Part shown: positions 1 through 13,354 of the stretch, piece by piece
Position numbering within the stretch: position 1 is the first letter of the stretch
Layout of the letters: each line of letters opens with the position of its first letter
NCBI GenBank assembly: GCA_963422375.2
Contig: OY729428.2
Location: forward strand, 64,001 to 128,000
DNA: 64,000 bases
Reading direction: 5' to 3'
Source: Bryobacterales bacterium
GTDB taxonomy: Bacteria; Acidobacteriota; Terriglobia; Bryobacterales; UBA6623
Translations under genes and position numbers: made by a program
Notes under the pieces: generated by a model
Seen by the model: only the letters and a program-made list of their open reading frames with translations
Told to the model about the DNA's origin: nothing
Databases searched by the model: none

Positions 1-186
1 CCGCGATCGTCCCGCGGGCGCTGGCGGGACCAAGCGATGACGCCAGCCAGCGAGCGCGGCCTGCAAGGGCACCTCCCGGTCAAGGCCGGGATCGCCCTTC
101 GCGCCGTTCGGGCTCCCCCGCCCGGCGGTCCGCAGGGCGGAGTCCCTTTGCTAGGATGGGTTCTTGGGGTCCGAGGCCCATCAGCC

Positions 187-753
187 ATGGCCGTGTCCGA
201 GGAACTAGACATCGAAAAGCAGCCGGCGGACGAGGTTTCGTCTGCCGCGCCGGAGCCCGCCCCGAATGGCGACGGGGAGGCGAGCGACGACGGCGAGGAG
301 CAGCTCCGCGCCGAACTGGACCAGGCGCGCAAGGATTGCGACGACATGCTAGGACAGTTACAGAGGGCGCAGGCGGAGTTCGAAAACGTCCGCAAGCGGA
401 TGCAGCGCGAGAAGGAGGACGTTGTCCGTTACGCGGCCTCCGAGACCATCCAGTCGCTGCTGCCTATCGTTGACGACTTCGAGCGAGCCATCGAAACCGA
501 GGGCCTGCCCCCCGAGGTCAAGACGGGCTTGGAGCTCATCCACCGGCGCATCTTCGAGGTCTTCACCCGGGCCGGCCTGAAGGAAGTCGCCCAGCACGAG
601 TCGTTCGACCCCACCCTGCACTTCGCCGTCGACCGCGCTCCGGCGACCGACGAGCAGGCCGACCAGCAGATTCTAGCCGTCTATCAGAAGGGGTACTTCT
701 TCAAGGACCGCTTGGTGCGGGCCTCCATGGTGAAGGTGGCCGTCAAGGACTAG
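187..753 (+). CDS. grpE: Nucleotide exchange factor GrpE
   Basis: [12 protein letters not shown] coiled coil, [25 protein letters not shown]...LVRASMVKV; directly upstream of dnaJ; start taken at ATG 187. Confidence 0.95.
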   Translation: MAVSEELDIEKQPADEVSSAAPEPAPNGDGEASDDGEEQLRAELDQARKDCDDMLGQLQRAQAEFENVRKRMQREKEDVVRYAASETIQSLLPIVDDFERAIETEGLPPEVKTGLELIHRRIFEVFTRAGLKEVAQHESFDPTLHFAVDRAPATDEQADQQILAVYQKGYFFKDRLVRASMVKVAVKD

Positions 754-787
754 CCTCGCGGCCCGAGGCACACGTCGGGCGAGCAAC

Positions 788-1894
788 GTGCGGAAACGCG
801 ACTACTACGAAGTCCTCGGCGTGGGCCGGGAGGCTGACGAGGCGGAATGCAAGCGCGCCTACCGCCAGCTGGCCATGAAGTACCACCCGGACCGCAACCC
901 TGACTCGAAGGAGGCGGAGGACAAGTTCAAGGAGGCGTCCGAGGCCTACGCCGTTCTCACCGACCCGCAGAAGCGGGACGTCTACGACCGCTTCGGACAC
1001 GACGGCCTGGCGGGCACAGCCGCACCGGGAGGCGGAATCGACCTCAGCGACTTCCCGGACATCTTCGGCGACCTCTTCGGCGATATCTTCGGAACAAGGC
1101 GGACCGGCCGGTCCGGTGCCCGCAAGGGCGAGGACCTCCAGTACGAGCTCGCTCTCGAATTCAAGGAGGCCATCTTCGGCTGTACCAAGGAGATCCGGAT
1201 CCCGCGTAGCGAGCGCTGCGAGCGCTGCGAGGGCGAAGCCTGCGAACCGGGAACTCGCCGCGTTGCCTGCAGCGCGTGCGGCGGCCGGGGCCAGGTATTC
1301 TCCCAGCGCGGCTTCCTCTCGGTGGGCCGGACATGCGTACGTTGCAGCGGGCGGGGTCAGTCCATTCCGACTCCATGCACCGCCTGCAACGGCAGGGGCA
1401 TGCAGCGCATCCAAGTCCGGCGCAAGCTGGACATTCCTCCCGGCATCGACAACGGGAACCGCATGCGCCTGCCGGGCGAGGGCAACTCCGGGTCGAGGGG
1501 CGGTCCGCGCGGGGATCTGTACGTAGTGATGCACGTGGAGGAGCACGACCTCTTCGAGCGGGACGGCCTCAGCCTTCACTGCGTCGTCCGCATCAACGTG
1601 GCCCAAGCCGCCTTGGGAGACAGCGTGCGCGTGCAGACGCTGGACGGCGACGACACGGTTCAGATCAAGCCGGGGGCTCAGTCGGGCGACCGGATCGAGC
1701 TGGCTCGGAAGGGCGTGCCCCAGCTGCGAGGCGGGGCACGCGGCAGCCTCGTGCTGCATCTGGAGGTCGAGGTTCCCAAGAGGCTGACGTCCGGCCAGCG
1801 GAGACTCTTCGAGCAGCTGCGCGATTCCCTGGCCGACGGGCCCCGCGACTCCAACGGCAAGCGCTTCTGGAAGTTCCGCAAGGGCCGGGCCTAG
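788..1894 (+). CDS. dnaJ: Chaperone DnaJ
   Basis: J domain ([12 protein letters not shown] motif), four CxxCxG zinc-finger repeats, C-terminal domain. Confidence 0.97.
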   Translation: MRKRDYYEVLGVGREADEAECKRAYRQLAMKYHPDRNPDSKEAEDKFKEASEAYAVLTDPQKRDVYDRFGHDGLAGTAAPGGGIDLSDFPDIFGDLFGDIFGTRRTGRSGARKGEDLQYELALEFKEAIFGCTKEIRIPRSERCERCEGEACEPGTRRVACSACGGRGQVFSQRGFLSVGRTCVRCSGRGQSIPTPCTACNGRGMQRIQVRRKLDIPPGIDNGNRMRLPGEGNSGSRGGPRGDLYVVMHVEEHDLFERDGLSLHCVVRINVAQAALGDSVRVQTLDGDDTVQIKPGAQSGDRIELARKGVPQLRGGARGSLVLHLEVEVPKRLTSGQRRLFEQLRDSLADGPRDSNGKRFWKFRKGRA

Positions 1895-1949
1895 CCTAAA
1901 GGCGGACTTGGCAGGGCCGCGCACGCGTCCGATCGGATAACATCGGACC

Positions 1950-4151
1950 GTGCCCGCCCGGCGCCTTGCGACGATCGCCGCGCTGTTGCTGCTCGGAGCT
2001 CCCGCTTCCGCGCTGGACCCTGCCGAGCGGCTGGTCCTGCAAGTGCAGCAGCTCGTGTCCGGCCAGCGGGGCCTGCGGATATACGACTGGGTGGAGTTCT
2101 CCGTTGACGGAGGCACGGTCACCTTGGACGGCACCGTCTCCCGTCCCTCGCTGCGGGACGACATCGAAAGCTCCGTCCGCGCCTTGGAGGCCGTCGACAG
2201 CATCCGCAACCGGATCGAGCTGCTGCCTTCGGGCGGCGACGATGTCGGCATCCGCGTCAATGCGTACTGGCGGATCTACGGCCACCCCGAGATCAGGCGC
2301 TACCTCGGTCGCGAGGAGACCTTCCGCCCGCGGCTGCGGCGGGCAGCCAGCGACGCCCAGCGGGTGCTGATCCGACCGATCCACATCGTGGTCCGCGACG
2401 GGCACCTGGTCCTGGAAGGCGAAATAGAGCAGCAGCGCGCGAAGCGCGTGGCGGAGCAGCAGGCGCTGGCGGTCCTCGGCGTGCGCTCGGTAACCAACAA
2501 CATCGTCGTGACCGGGACCGACACCGAGGAGCTGGAGCCAATCGACTTCGAGCGCGACCCGTGGTGGGCCGACTCCGATTCGATCTCCGAGCCAGTCCTG
2601 CGCGTCGAGAACCCGGCCGGCGGCGTCCGGGTGCGCGTGGCCAATGCCGAGCGCGTGGTCGTCCGCCGCTCCAGCCGCACCAGGACGGTCCGCGCCGGCG
2701 ACACCAAGACGACCCGACTCGGGCGCAAGATGAGGATCCGGGTCCAGCCCCCGGACGGCGCCTGGGTCGATCTCGACATCGACATGCCCTACGGCCACCG
2801 GCTCGAGGTGCAGACCGTCGACGGCCCGATCTCCCTGCAGGGCTTGGTGCGCCACGCCAAGCTGCAGACGACCGTCGGGCGCGTCGAGCTGGACGTCCCT
2901 TGGAGAGGCGTCCGTCTCGAAGTCGAATCGGATCATCCCCCGGCCGAGGTGGAAGTCCCGGCGGATCTGCGGGCCTTCCTGCGCCTGCCCGCGCCGGGAT
3001 CGAAGCCCGGCCTGTGGACCGTGGAGGACACGCGCGACCCGCGCAACAGGCTTTACGGCTCGGTCCGTCTGGACGCGAGGCATCCCGACGCGCTCGTCCT
3101 GCGCGACGGCCCGATCCCGACCGACTCGCCCGTGCGGATGCACTGGCAGGCGCCCGAAGCCCTCGGCTCGATGCTGCGGCGGCCGTTCCGCATGCGCCTG
3201 AGCCGCGCCGGAGGTGACGGTTCCAAGCCCGGCCCGGGCGACGATGCCCCGGACCGCGGAACCCCGCAGTTCAGCTCGGACGTCCGCCTGGTCCAGCTAG
3301 CGGCCAGCGTGGTCGACGCGCTCAACCGGCCGGTCGCAGGCCTCGGCGCGGGCCACTTCGAGATCCTCGAGGACGGCGTCCCGCAGCGCATCGGCATCGT
3401 GCAGGACACCGAGGCCGCGTTCAACCTCGTCCTGCTGCTCGACTGCAGTACCAGCACCCTGGTCGACCGGAAGGCGGTGCTGGAGGCCGCCCGGCAGTTC
3501 GTCCTGGCGGCCCGGCCGTCGGATCGCGTCGGCATCTACGTGCTTTCGGACGCGTACGTCCACGTGATCGCGCCGCTGACTGCCGACCGCGCTACCCTGC
3601 TCCGCCTGATCGACCAGATTCCGCGCCTTGCCGGCGGCACGCCGCTCTACGACGCGGTCACCCTGTCCTACGCACACGAGCTGGCGCGGCGACGCTGGGA
3701 GCGGAACGCGCTGATCGTGATCAGCGACGGGATGGACAACGACCTGCTGGCCCGCTGGAGCCGCTCGGTTCCGTCGGAGGTGCGCTTCGAGGACCTGCTC
3801 GGCGCCGCCGCCGAAATGAACAGCGCGATCTATCCGATCTTCCTCGAGCCCGAGGCGCCCGGGATCCGGGCGGACCGGCAGTGGCGCGAGCGCCTCAGGC
3901 AGTCCACCGACAAGGCGCGCGAGCGCATGCGGCAGCTGGCCGAGGCGACCGGCGGGCGGCTGTTCCGCACCGAGTCGATCCGCGACCTGGAAGAGGTCTA
4001 CGGCCAGATCGCCCGGGAGCTGCGCAGCGTCTACACCCTCGGGTACTACCCGTCCAACCAGAAGTTCGACGGCGAGTGGCGCCGCATCCGGGTCAAAGTC
4101 TCGGGCGAGGGCCGGCACGTGCGCACCCGGCCCGGCTACTACGGCTGGTAG
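1950..4151 (+). CDS. Secreted multidomain protein: two BON domains, a central beta region and a C-terminal acidobacterial-type VWA domain
   Basis: Signal peptide; BON-like VTLDGTV...IRNRIE and LVLEGEI...GVRSVTNNI; VWA with DCSTS MIDAS, GGTPLYDA, ISDGMDN, YTLGYYPSN, RTRPGYY. Confidence 0.8.
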   Translation: MPARRLATIAALLLLGAPASALDPAERLVLQVQQLVSGQRGLRIYDWVEFSVDGGTVTLDGTVSRPSLRDDIESSVRALEAVDSIRNRIELLPSGGDDVGIRVNAYWRIYGHPEIRRYLGREETFRPRLRRAASDAQRVLIRPIHIVVRDGHLVLEGEIEQQRAKRVAEQQALAVLGVRSVTNNIVVTGTDTEELEPIDFERDPWWADSDSISEPVLRVENPAGGVRVRVANAERVVVRRSSRTRTVRAGDTKTTRLGRKMRIRVQPPDGAWVDLDIDMPYGHRLEVQTVDGPISLQGLVRHAKLQTTVGRVELDVPWRGVRLEVESDHPPAEVEVPADLRAFLRLPAPGSKPGLWTVEDTRDPRNRLYGSVRLDARHPDALVLRDGPIPTDSPVRMHWQAPEALGSMLRRPFRMRLSRAGGDGSKPGPGDDAPDRGTPQFSSDVRLVQLAASVVDALNRPVAGLGAGHFEILEDGVPQRIGIVQDTEAAFNLVLLLDCSTSTLVDRKAVLEAARQFVLAARPSDRVGIYVLSDAYVHVIAPLTADRATLLRLIDQIPRLAGGTPLYDAVTLSYAHELARRRWERNALIVISDGMDNDLLARWSRSVPSEVRFEDLLGAAAEMNSAIYPIFLEPEAPGIRADRQWRERLRQSTDKARERMRQLAEATGGRLFRTESIRDLEEVYGQIARELRSVYTLGYYPSNQKFDGEWRRIRVKVSGEGRHVRTRPGYYGW

Positions 4152-4186
4152 AGGGCCGGGGAGCGGTGTGCCCGGCAGCGCAGTTT

Positions 4187-4210
4187 AATGTATACTAGAA
4201 GGTACAGATT
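4187..4210 (+). promoter_or_regulatory. Putative suf promoter/operator: imperfect inverted repeat overlapping a TATACT -10-like hexamer
   Basis: AATGTATAC-N6-GTACAGATT (7/9 arm match), an AT-rich patch about 40 bp upstream of sufB. Confidence 0.45.
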
Positions 4211-4251
4211 GGGTGCCACCGCTCGGTGGGGCTACCCGTCTCCGCAGGAAG

Positions 4252-5700
<1,449 letters not shown>

Positions 5701-5729
5701 GCGCCGACGCGTCTGCAACCGGAGCGAGC

Positions 5730-6500
5730 ATGCTGCAAGTTCGCAATCTGCATGCCGGCATCGACGGCCGGGACATCCTACGGGGGGTCGATCTCGACGT
5801 CCCGCCCGGCGCGGTGCATGCGGTCATGGGCCCGAACGGTTCGGGCAAGAGCACGCTGGCGGCGGTCCTGGCCGGCCGCGACGGCTACGACGTCACCGCG
5901 GGCTCGGTCCGCTTCCGCGGCATGGACCTGCTCGAGATGGACCCCGAGCTGCGCGCCCGCGAGGGCGTCTTCCTCGCTTTCCAGTACCCGGTCGAGGTGC
6001 CGGGCGTGAGCACGATGTACTTCATGCGCGAGGCCGTCAACGCCGGCCGCAAGCACCGCGGGCTGGACGAGCTCTCCGCGGGGGACTTCCTGCGGCTGGC
6101 GCGATCCAAGATCCGGCCGCTCGGCATGGACGGCGACATGCTCAAGCGCGCCGTCAACGAGGGCTTCTCCGGCGGCGAGAAAAAGCGCAGTGAGATCTTC
6201 CAGATGACCATGCTGGAGCCTCGCCTGGCCGTTCTCGACGAGACCGATTCGGGACTGGACATCGACGCGCTCAAGGTGGTCGCAGACGGGGTCAACTCCC
6301 TGCGCGACCCGGCGCGCTCCTTCCTGGTGATCACGCACTACCAGCGGCTGCTGAACTACATCGTGCCGGACCGCGTTCACGTGCTGCACGGCGGCCGCAT
6401 CGTGCGGTCGGGCGACAAGTCGCTGGCGCTGGAGCTCGAGGACCGGGGCTACGCCTGGATCGAGCGGGAGGCCGCGGCACCGGCCCTCGCAGGGGCCTAG
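5730..6500 (+). CDS. sufC: Fe-S cluster assembly ATPase SufC
   Basis: GPNGSGKST, FLAFQYPVEVPGV, NEGFSGGEKKR, LDETDSGLDIDAL; true start is ATG 5730 inside the long track ORF. Confidence 0.98.
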   Translation: MLQVRNLHAGIDGRDILRGVDLDVPPGAVHAVMGPNGSGKSTLAAVLAGRDGYDVTAGSVRFRGMDLLEMDPELRAREGVFLAFQYPVEVPGVSTMYFMREAVNAGRKHRGLDELSAGDFLRLARSKIRPLGMDGDMLKRAVNEGFSGGEKKRSEIFQMTMLEPRLAVLDETDSGLDIDALKVVADGVNSLRDPARSFLVITHYQRLLNYIVPDRVHVLHGGRIVRSGDKSLALELEDRGYAWIEREAAAPALAGA

Positions 6501-6502
6501 CC

Positions 6503-7789
6503 ATGCAGGTCGCGACAGCGATGGTCGGCTCCTACCTGGAGCGCTTCGAGACGGCGCTGGCCCGCGGCCGCGGCGAGCCGGACTGGCTGGCGGACCGCCG
6601 CAAGCGGGCCATGGAGCGTTTTCTGGCGCTCGGCCTGCCGACGCGGCGCGACGAAGAATACAAGTACACCGACCTGTCGGCCCTCGCCAGCGGGGACTTG
6701 CTGTTCGACGCCCCGGAGCGGGGCGGGGCGCCAGCCGAGCTTCCGCTCCTACGCGCCGGGCCGACCTTGGCGTTCGACGGCCCGGCCGGGGCGCGCCGGG
6801 GCCCGCGGCCCCTGCCCGAAGGCGTGCGCGTGCTGAGCGTGGCCGCCTCCTCCCGCGAGGAGCTCGAGCCGTTCTCCGGGCATCTGGCGGCGATCGCGCC
6901 GTTCGAGGGCCACGCGCTGTGCGCACTCAGCACGGCCTTCTTCGCGGACGGGGCCATCGTCGAGGCGGCTCCGGGCGCCGTCGTCGAGGAGCCCGTCCAC
7001 TTGGCCTTCGGGGACGGCGCCGCCGGGCGGCTGCCCCGCGTGCTGGTCGTGGCCCGGCGCGGATCGTCGGTGCGGGTCGTCGAGACCTATTCCGGAGCGG
7101 GCACGTACTGGCGCAACGCCGTCACCGAGGTCCGCGCCGAAGAGAACGCGCGCGTGGACCACTACCGCGCGCAAGTCGAGTCCGAGCAGGCCTACCACAC
7201 CGGGCTGTTCCAGGCCTCCCAAGCCCGCGACAGCTACGTCGGGGCCTTCTCGCTGAGCTTCGGGGCCGCCGTCGCCCGCAACGACGTCGGCACGCGCCTC
7301 GCGGGGCCGGGCTGCGAGTGCTCGCTCGACGGGCTGTACGCGGTGCGCGACCGCCAGCACGTAGACCACCACACGGCCATCGATCACGCCATGCCGCACT
7401 GCAACTCGCACCAGCTCTACAAGGGCGTGCTCGACGACCGCTCGCGGGGCGTGTTCAACGGCAAGATCTTCGTGCGGCGGGACGCCCAGAAGACCGACGC
7501 CGTGCAGAGCAACAAGAACCTGCTGCTCTCCGACGCGGCCGAGGTCAACACCAAGCCGCAGCTCGAGATCGACGCCAACGACGTGCGCTGCACGCACGGG
7601 GCGACCATCGGGCAGCTCGACGCGGCCTCCTCCTTCTACCTGCGCTCGCGCGGCATCGGCGCCGCGCAGGCGCGCGCAATCCTGACCTACGCCTTCGCGG
7701 CGGACGCCTTGGAGCGCATCCGCGTCGAGCCCCTCAAGAAGCACTTCGCGGACCGGCTGCTCGCGCGCTTCGCCCCGCGGGAGAGCTGA
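6503..7789 (+). CDS. sufD: Fe-S cluster assembly protein SufD
   Basis: LPTRRDEEYKYT, GVFNGKIFV, NKNLLLS, KPQLEIDANDVRCTHGATIG. Confidence 0.96.
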   Translation: MQVATAMVGSYLERFETALARGRGEPDWLADRRKRAMERFLALGLPTRRDEEYKYTDLSALASGDLLFDAPERGGAPAELPLLRAGPTLAFDGPAGARRGPRPLPEGVRVLSVAASSREELEPFSGHLAAIAPFEGHALCALSTAFFADGAIVEAAPGAVVEEPVHLAFGDGAAGRLPRVLVVARRGSSVRVVETYSGAGTYWRNAVTEVRAEENARVDHYRAQVESEQAYHTGLFQASQARDSYVGAFSLSFGAAVARNDVGTRLAGPGCECSLDGLYAVRDRQHVDHHTAIDHAMPHCNSHQLYKGVLDDRSRGVFNGKIFVRRDAQKTDAVQSNKNLLLSDAAEVNTKPQLEIDANDVRCTHGATIGQLDAASSFYLRSRGIGAAQARAILTYAFAADALERIRVEPLKKHFADRLLARFAPRES

Positions 7790-7814
7790 GGGAGCGGCCC
7801 GGAGGAGCGCGACC

Positions 7815-9062
7815 ATGCCACTGACCGCCACGGCTACCCCTCCCGCCCTCGACGCCGAGGCCCTGCGAGGCGACTTCCCCGCCCTGCACCAGTCCGTTCA
7901 CGGACGGCCGCTGGTGTACCTCGACAACGCGGCGTCCTCGCTGACGCCGCAGCCCGTCATCGACGCGCAGGTCGGGTTCTACGCGCGCGACCGCGCCAAC
8001 GTGCATCGGGGCGTCCACGAGCTCAGCCAGCGGGCCACCGAGAAGTACGAGTCCGCCCGGATCCGCCTCCAGCGCTTCCTCAACGCCGCCGAGACGGCCG
8101 AAATCGTCTGGACCAAGGGCGCGACCGAGGCCATCAACCTCGTGGCGGCGAGCTGGGGCCGGCAGCACGTGGGCGCGGGGGACGACGTGATCGTCTCCGC
8201 GATGGAGCACCATTCCAACATCGTGCCGTGGCAGATCCTCTGCCGCGAGCGGGGGGCCCGCCTGCGCGTGATTCCGATGTCCGCAGCCGGCGAGCTGCGC
8301 CTCGAGTCCCTGGACGAGCTGCTGTGCGGGCGGACCCGCGTCGTCGCGGTGACCCACGTCTCGAACGCCCTCGGCACGGTGAATCCAGTCGCCGAGATCG
8401 CCGCCCGGGCGCGCGCCGCCGGAGCCGTCTGCGTGGTGGACGGCGCCCAGGCGGCACCCCACATGCCCATCGACGTGCGCGCCCTGGACTGCGACTTCTT
8501 CGCCCTGTCTGGCCACAAGATGTGCGGCCCGACCGGCATCGGGGCCCTGTACGGCCGCCGGGAGCTGCTGGAGGGAATGCCGCCCTACCAGAGCGGCGGA
8601 GACATGATCTCCTCGGTGAGCTTCGAGCGAACCGAGTACAACGAGCTCCCGTACAAGTTCGAGGCCGGCACGCCGAACATCGCAGGCGCGATCGGGCTGG
8701 GCGCGGCGGTCGAATACCTGGAATCCATCGGCATGGAGCGGATCGTCGCGCACGAGGCGGACCTGCTGGACTACGGCACCGAGCGGCTGCACGCCATCCG
8801 GCGCCTGCGGCCCATCGGCACGGCCCGCCGCAAGGCCGGCGTGATCTCGTTCGAGGTCGCCGGCATCCATCCCGCCGATCTCGGCACGATCCTGGACCGC
8901 CGCGGGATCGCGCTGCGCGTGGGCCATCACTGCGCCGAGCCGGTGATGCGGTTCTACGGCGTGCCCGCCACCACGAGAGCGTCCCTGGCCTTCTACAACA
9001 CCCGCGCCGATTTCGACGCGCTGGCGGACGCAATCGAGACCGCGAAGGAAATTTTCGACTGA
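7815..9062 (+). CDS. sufS: Cysteine desulfurase SufS
   Basis: YLDNAAS, ANVHRG, MEHHSN, SGHKMCGPTGIG, RVGHHCA. Confidence 0.97.
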   Translation: MPLTATATPPALDAEALRGDFPALHQSVHGRPLVYLDNAASSLTPQPVIDAQVGFYARDRANVHRGVHELSQRATEKYESARIRLQRFLNAAETAEIVWTKGATEAINLVAASWGRQHVGAGDDVIVSAMEHHSNIVPWQILCRERGARLRVIPMSAAGELRLESLDELLCGRTRVVAVTHVSNALGTVNPVAEIAARARAAGAVCVVDGAQAAPHMPIDVRALDCDFFALSGHKMCGPTGIGALYGRRELLEGMPPYQSGGDMISSVSFERTEYNELPYKFEAGTPNIAGAIGLGAAVEYLESIGMERIVAHEADLLDYGTERLHAIRRLRPIGTARRKAGVISFEVAGIHPADLGTILDRRGIALRVGHHCAEPVMRFYGVPATTRASLAFYNTRADFDALADAIETAKEIFD

Positions 9063-9568
9063 TGCCACTGCTCTCGCTCGGACTGAACGACAGCCCCGCC
9101 GCGCCGGAGGAGGCACCCGAGGAGCCCTCGGACGGCCTCGACACGGGGGCCCTGAAACGCGCGCCCCAGTACAGCGACTACGTCCCGAGCATGCACTCGA
9201 ACATGACGATGACGTCCCCGCTGCCACCGAAGGAGCCGGAATACGCTCCGGACGCGACGCTGGAAGAGAAAGTGGTCGCCGTGCTCAAGACGTGCTACGA
9301 CCCGGAGATCCCGATCGACATCTACGAGCTGGGGCTCATCTACAAGGTGTTCGCGCCGCGCTCGCCCGGGGAGCCCGACAAGGTCAAGGTCCTGATGACC
9401 CTGACGGCCCCGAACTGCCCGGCGGCGCAGACACTGCCGGCCGAGGCGAAATACAAGGTGGAGCGGCTGAGCGAGGTCGCCGACGCCGAGGTGGAGATCA
9501 CCTTCGACCCGCCTTGGACGCCCGAGAAGATGAGCGAGGAAGCCAAGCTCGTCCTGAACCTGGTCTGA
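9062..9568 (+). CDS. DUF59/SufT-type Fe-S assembly protein
   Basis: YDPEIPIDIYELGLIY, MTLTAPNCP, FDPPWTPEKMSEEAK; TGATG overlap with sufS. Confidence 0.92.
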   Translation: MPLLSLGLNDSPAAPEEAPEEPSDGLDTGALKRAPQYSDYVPSMHSNMTMTSPLPPKEPEYAPDATLEEKVVAVLKTCYDPEIPIDIYELGLIYKVFAPRSPGEPDKVKVLMTLTAPNCPAAQTLPAEAKYKVERLSEVADAEVEITFDPPWTPEKMSEEAKLVLNLV

Positions 9569-9577
9569 GGCGATCCC

Positions 9578-10067
9578 ATGCAGCTGACGTCGCAAGAGGA
9601 ATACGGCCTGCGGTGCCTGCTGCGGCTGGCCGAGGCGGGCCCGGGCGAGATTCTGAGCATCCACGAGATCGCCCGGGCGGAGGGCATCTCGATGCCGCAC
9701 GCGGCCAAGCTGCTGCGCATCCTGCGCGAGGGCGGCCTGGTGACCAGCGAGCGAGGGCAGGCGGGCGGCTACCACCTGACCCGGCCGGCCGGCGCTATCA
9801 GCGTCAAGCAGGCGATCCAGGTGCTGGGGGGCGACCTGTACGGGCGCGAGTTCTGCGGGCGCTTCGCGGGCAACGAAGACCATTGCATGCGCTCGACGGA
9901 CTGCTCGATCCGCTCGCTCTGGAAAACGATCCAGACGGCGGTGGACCGGCTGCTGGGCCGCACGACGCTGAGCGACCTGATGTGCCGGGAGCACGAGATG
10001 GACCGCTTCGCCGGCAATCTCGTGGTGCTGGAGGACGCATCCGAGGCCCGGCCGGCGGGAGCGAACC

Positions 10068-10075
<8 letters not shown>
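9578..10075 (+). CDS. Rrf2 family transcriptional regulator (three Cys)
   Basis: EEYGLRCLL, wHTH with SERGQAGGYHL, C-x9-C-x5-C cluster. Confidence 0.93.
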
Positions 10076-11136
<1,061 letters not shown>

Positions 11137-11147
<11 letters not shown>

Positions 11148-11889
11148 TTCCGGCAGCCGCTAGCGGCTGCCCGGCCCCGGACTCGGCCACAAGCTGCGAC
11201 GCGCGCAGCAGGCCGTCCACGGTGCCGGCGTCGGTCCACCAGCCGTCGAGCACGTCCCAAGTCATCGCGCTTTCGAGGATGTACTGGTTGTTCACGTCGG
11301 TGATCTCGAGCTCGCCGCGGGCGGACCGCTCGAGCCGGTCGATCTTGTCGAAGACCGTGCCGTCGAACATGTAGATGCCGGTCACGGCGTAGCGGGACGG
11401 CGGGACCCGCGGCTTCTCCTCGATGGACGCGAGCCGGCCGTTAGAGAAGCGGGGCACGCCGAAGCGCCCCGGGTCGGGAACCTCTTTGAGCAGGATCTTG
11501 GCGCCGCGCTCCTGGGCCCGGAAGGCCTCGACCGCGCCGGCGACGCTGCCCTGGATGATGTTGTCGCCCAGCATGACGCAGAGCCGCTCGCCCCGCGAGA
11601 AGTGGCGCGCCAGTTCCAGCGCCTCGGCGATGCCGCCCTCGCCTTCCTGGTAGGTGTAGTCGAGGTGCTTCAAGCCGAATTCCCGGCCGTTGCCAAGCAG
11701 CCGCAGGAAATCGCCCGCGTTGCGGCCGCCCGTGACGATCAGGATGTCCTCGATCCCCGCTCTGACAAGCGTCCGGATCGGGTAGTAGATCATCGGCTTG
11801 TCGTAGACCGGCAGCAGGTGCTTGTTGATGATCCGGGTAATCGGATCCAAGCGGCTTCCCAAGCCTCCCGCTAGGACTACGCCGCGCAC
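11137..11889 (-). CDS. Sugar-phosphate nucleotidyltransferase (RmlA/SpsI-like, short form)
   Basis: GVVLAGGLGSRL, NKHLLPVYDKPMIYY, SARGELEITD, WWTDAGT. Confidence 0.93.
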
Positions 11890-11936
11890 CAAGTGTTGAT
11901 TGTAAGCTTGCGCGAGCCCCGGTCGCTCCGAGCCGT

Positions 11937-13274
11937 TCAGGCGTGCTTGACGAAGAATTCGCGCATTCTCGCGCGCAGCAGGCCCACGGACCCGAGCACG
12001 GCAACCAGGTTCGGAATCGCCATCAGCGCGTTCATGGTGTCCGAGACCGCCCAGATCGCCTCCAAGCCGCCGACGGCGCCCACGTAGACCGCAGCGACCC
12101 AAGCCAGGCGGTAGGGCGTCGCGACATCCTTGCCGAAGAGGTACGTGATGCCGGTCTCTCCGTAGAACGCCCAGCCGATGATGGTCGAGAATCCGAAGAG
12201 CGCCAGAGCAACCGTCACGACATGGCCGCCCCACTCGCCCGGAAGGCCCTGCGAGAAGGCCATGCTGGTGAGCTCCGCCCCGGTCCTGCCGGACGACCAC
12301 ACGCCGGTAGAGAGCACGGTAAGCGAGGTAATCGTGCAAACCACGAGGGTGTCGACGAACACGCCGAATATGCCGTAGCAGGCCTGCCGCACGGGATGGT
12401 CGGTCACAGCCGCGGCATGGACGATCGGCGCGCTGCCGAGCCCGGCCTCGTTCGAGAAGAGCCCGCGCGCGATGCCCGTCCGCATCGCGCCGCGGACCGA
12501 CGCGCCTGCGAAGCCCCCTAGCGCCGCATGCCCGGTCAGCGCGGACCGCAGGATCAGCTCGACCGCGGACGGCAGCTGGCCGATATGCATAGCCAGGACG
12601 ACCAGGGCGCAGGAGAGGTAGATGACGCACATCGCGGGAACCAGGACCGCCGCCACCTCGGCGATGCGTCGAATGCCGCCGAGCACCACCAGAGCCGTCA
12701 CCCCGGCCAAGACAAGTCCGGACGCCCACTCGGGAATCCCGTAGGAGGAGCGCATGCCCGTGGCCACGGTGTTCGCTTGCGTCATGTTGCCGATGCCGAA
12801 CGCGGCAAGGGCGCAGAAGGCCGCGAAAAGGACTCCGAGCCACTTCATGCCGAAGCGCTGCGACAGGACGTACATCGCCCCGCCGCGCATGACGCCGCCG
12901 CGCTCCTGTCGGCACTCGAGCGCCACCTCGATCTCCGAGAACTTGGTGGCCATGCCGACCACGCCGGTGGCCACCATCCAGAAGGCCGCGCCCGGCCCTC
13001 CCGCGGCAATCGCGATCGAGACGCCGGCGATGTTGCCCACCCCGACGGTCGCGGACAGGGACGTCGCGAGGGCCTGAAAGGGCGACACCGTGCCTTCCCC
13101 GCCGGATCTCCCGGAGCCTCGGAGCACCTGCGTTGCGGCGAAGAGGAACCGGCGGAACTGGACGCCCCCGGTAGCGAGGGTCAGGAACACGCCCGTGCCG
13201 ACGAGCAGGAGCATCATCGCCGGGCCCCATACGATGGAGTTGACGGTACTATTGAGTTCAAGCAGCCAGTCCAT
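11937..13274 (-). CDS. Alanine/glycine:cation symporter family protein
   Basis: ATVGVGNIAGV, GGPGAAFWM, RGLFSNEAGLGSAP, VFVDTLVVCT. Confidence 0.95.
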   Translation of the reverse strand: MDWLLELNSTVNSIVWGPAMMLLLVGTGVFLTLATGGVQFRRFLFAATQVLRGSGRSGGEGTVSPFQALATSLSATVGVGNIAGVSIAIAAGGPGAAFWMVATGVVGMATKFSEIEVALECRQERGGVMRGGAMYVLSQRFGMKWLGVLFAAFCALAAFGIGNMTQANTVATGMRSSYGIPEWASGLVLAGVTALVVLGGIRRIAEVAAVLVPAMCVIYLSCALVVLAMHIGQLPSAVELILRSALTGHAALGGFAGASVRGAMRTGIARGLFSNEAGLGSAPIVHAAAVTDHPVRQACYGIFGVFVDTLVVCTITSLTVLSTGVWSSGRTGAELTSMAFSQGLPGEWGGHVVTVALALFGFSTIIGWAFYGETGITYLFGKDVATPYRLAWVAAVYVGAVGGLEAIWAVSDTMNALMAIPNLVAVLGSVGLLRARMREFFVKHA

Positions 13275-13354
13275 ACGATGTCCGCGCGAACGTCCATTCT
13301 ACTGCCCCCGCCGGCCGCCCCGAGCCGGCCGCGTCCGCGACGAGAGCGTCGGCG

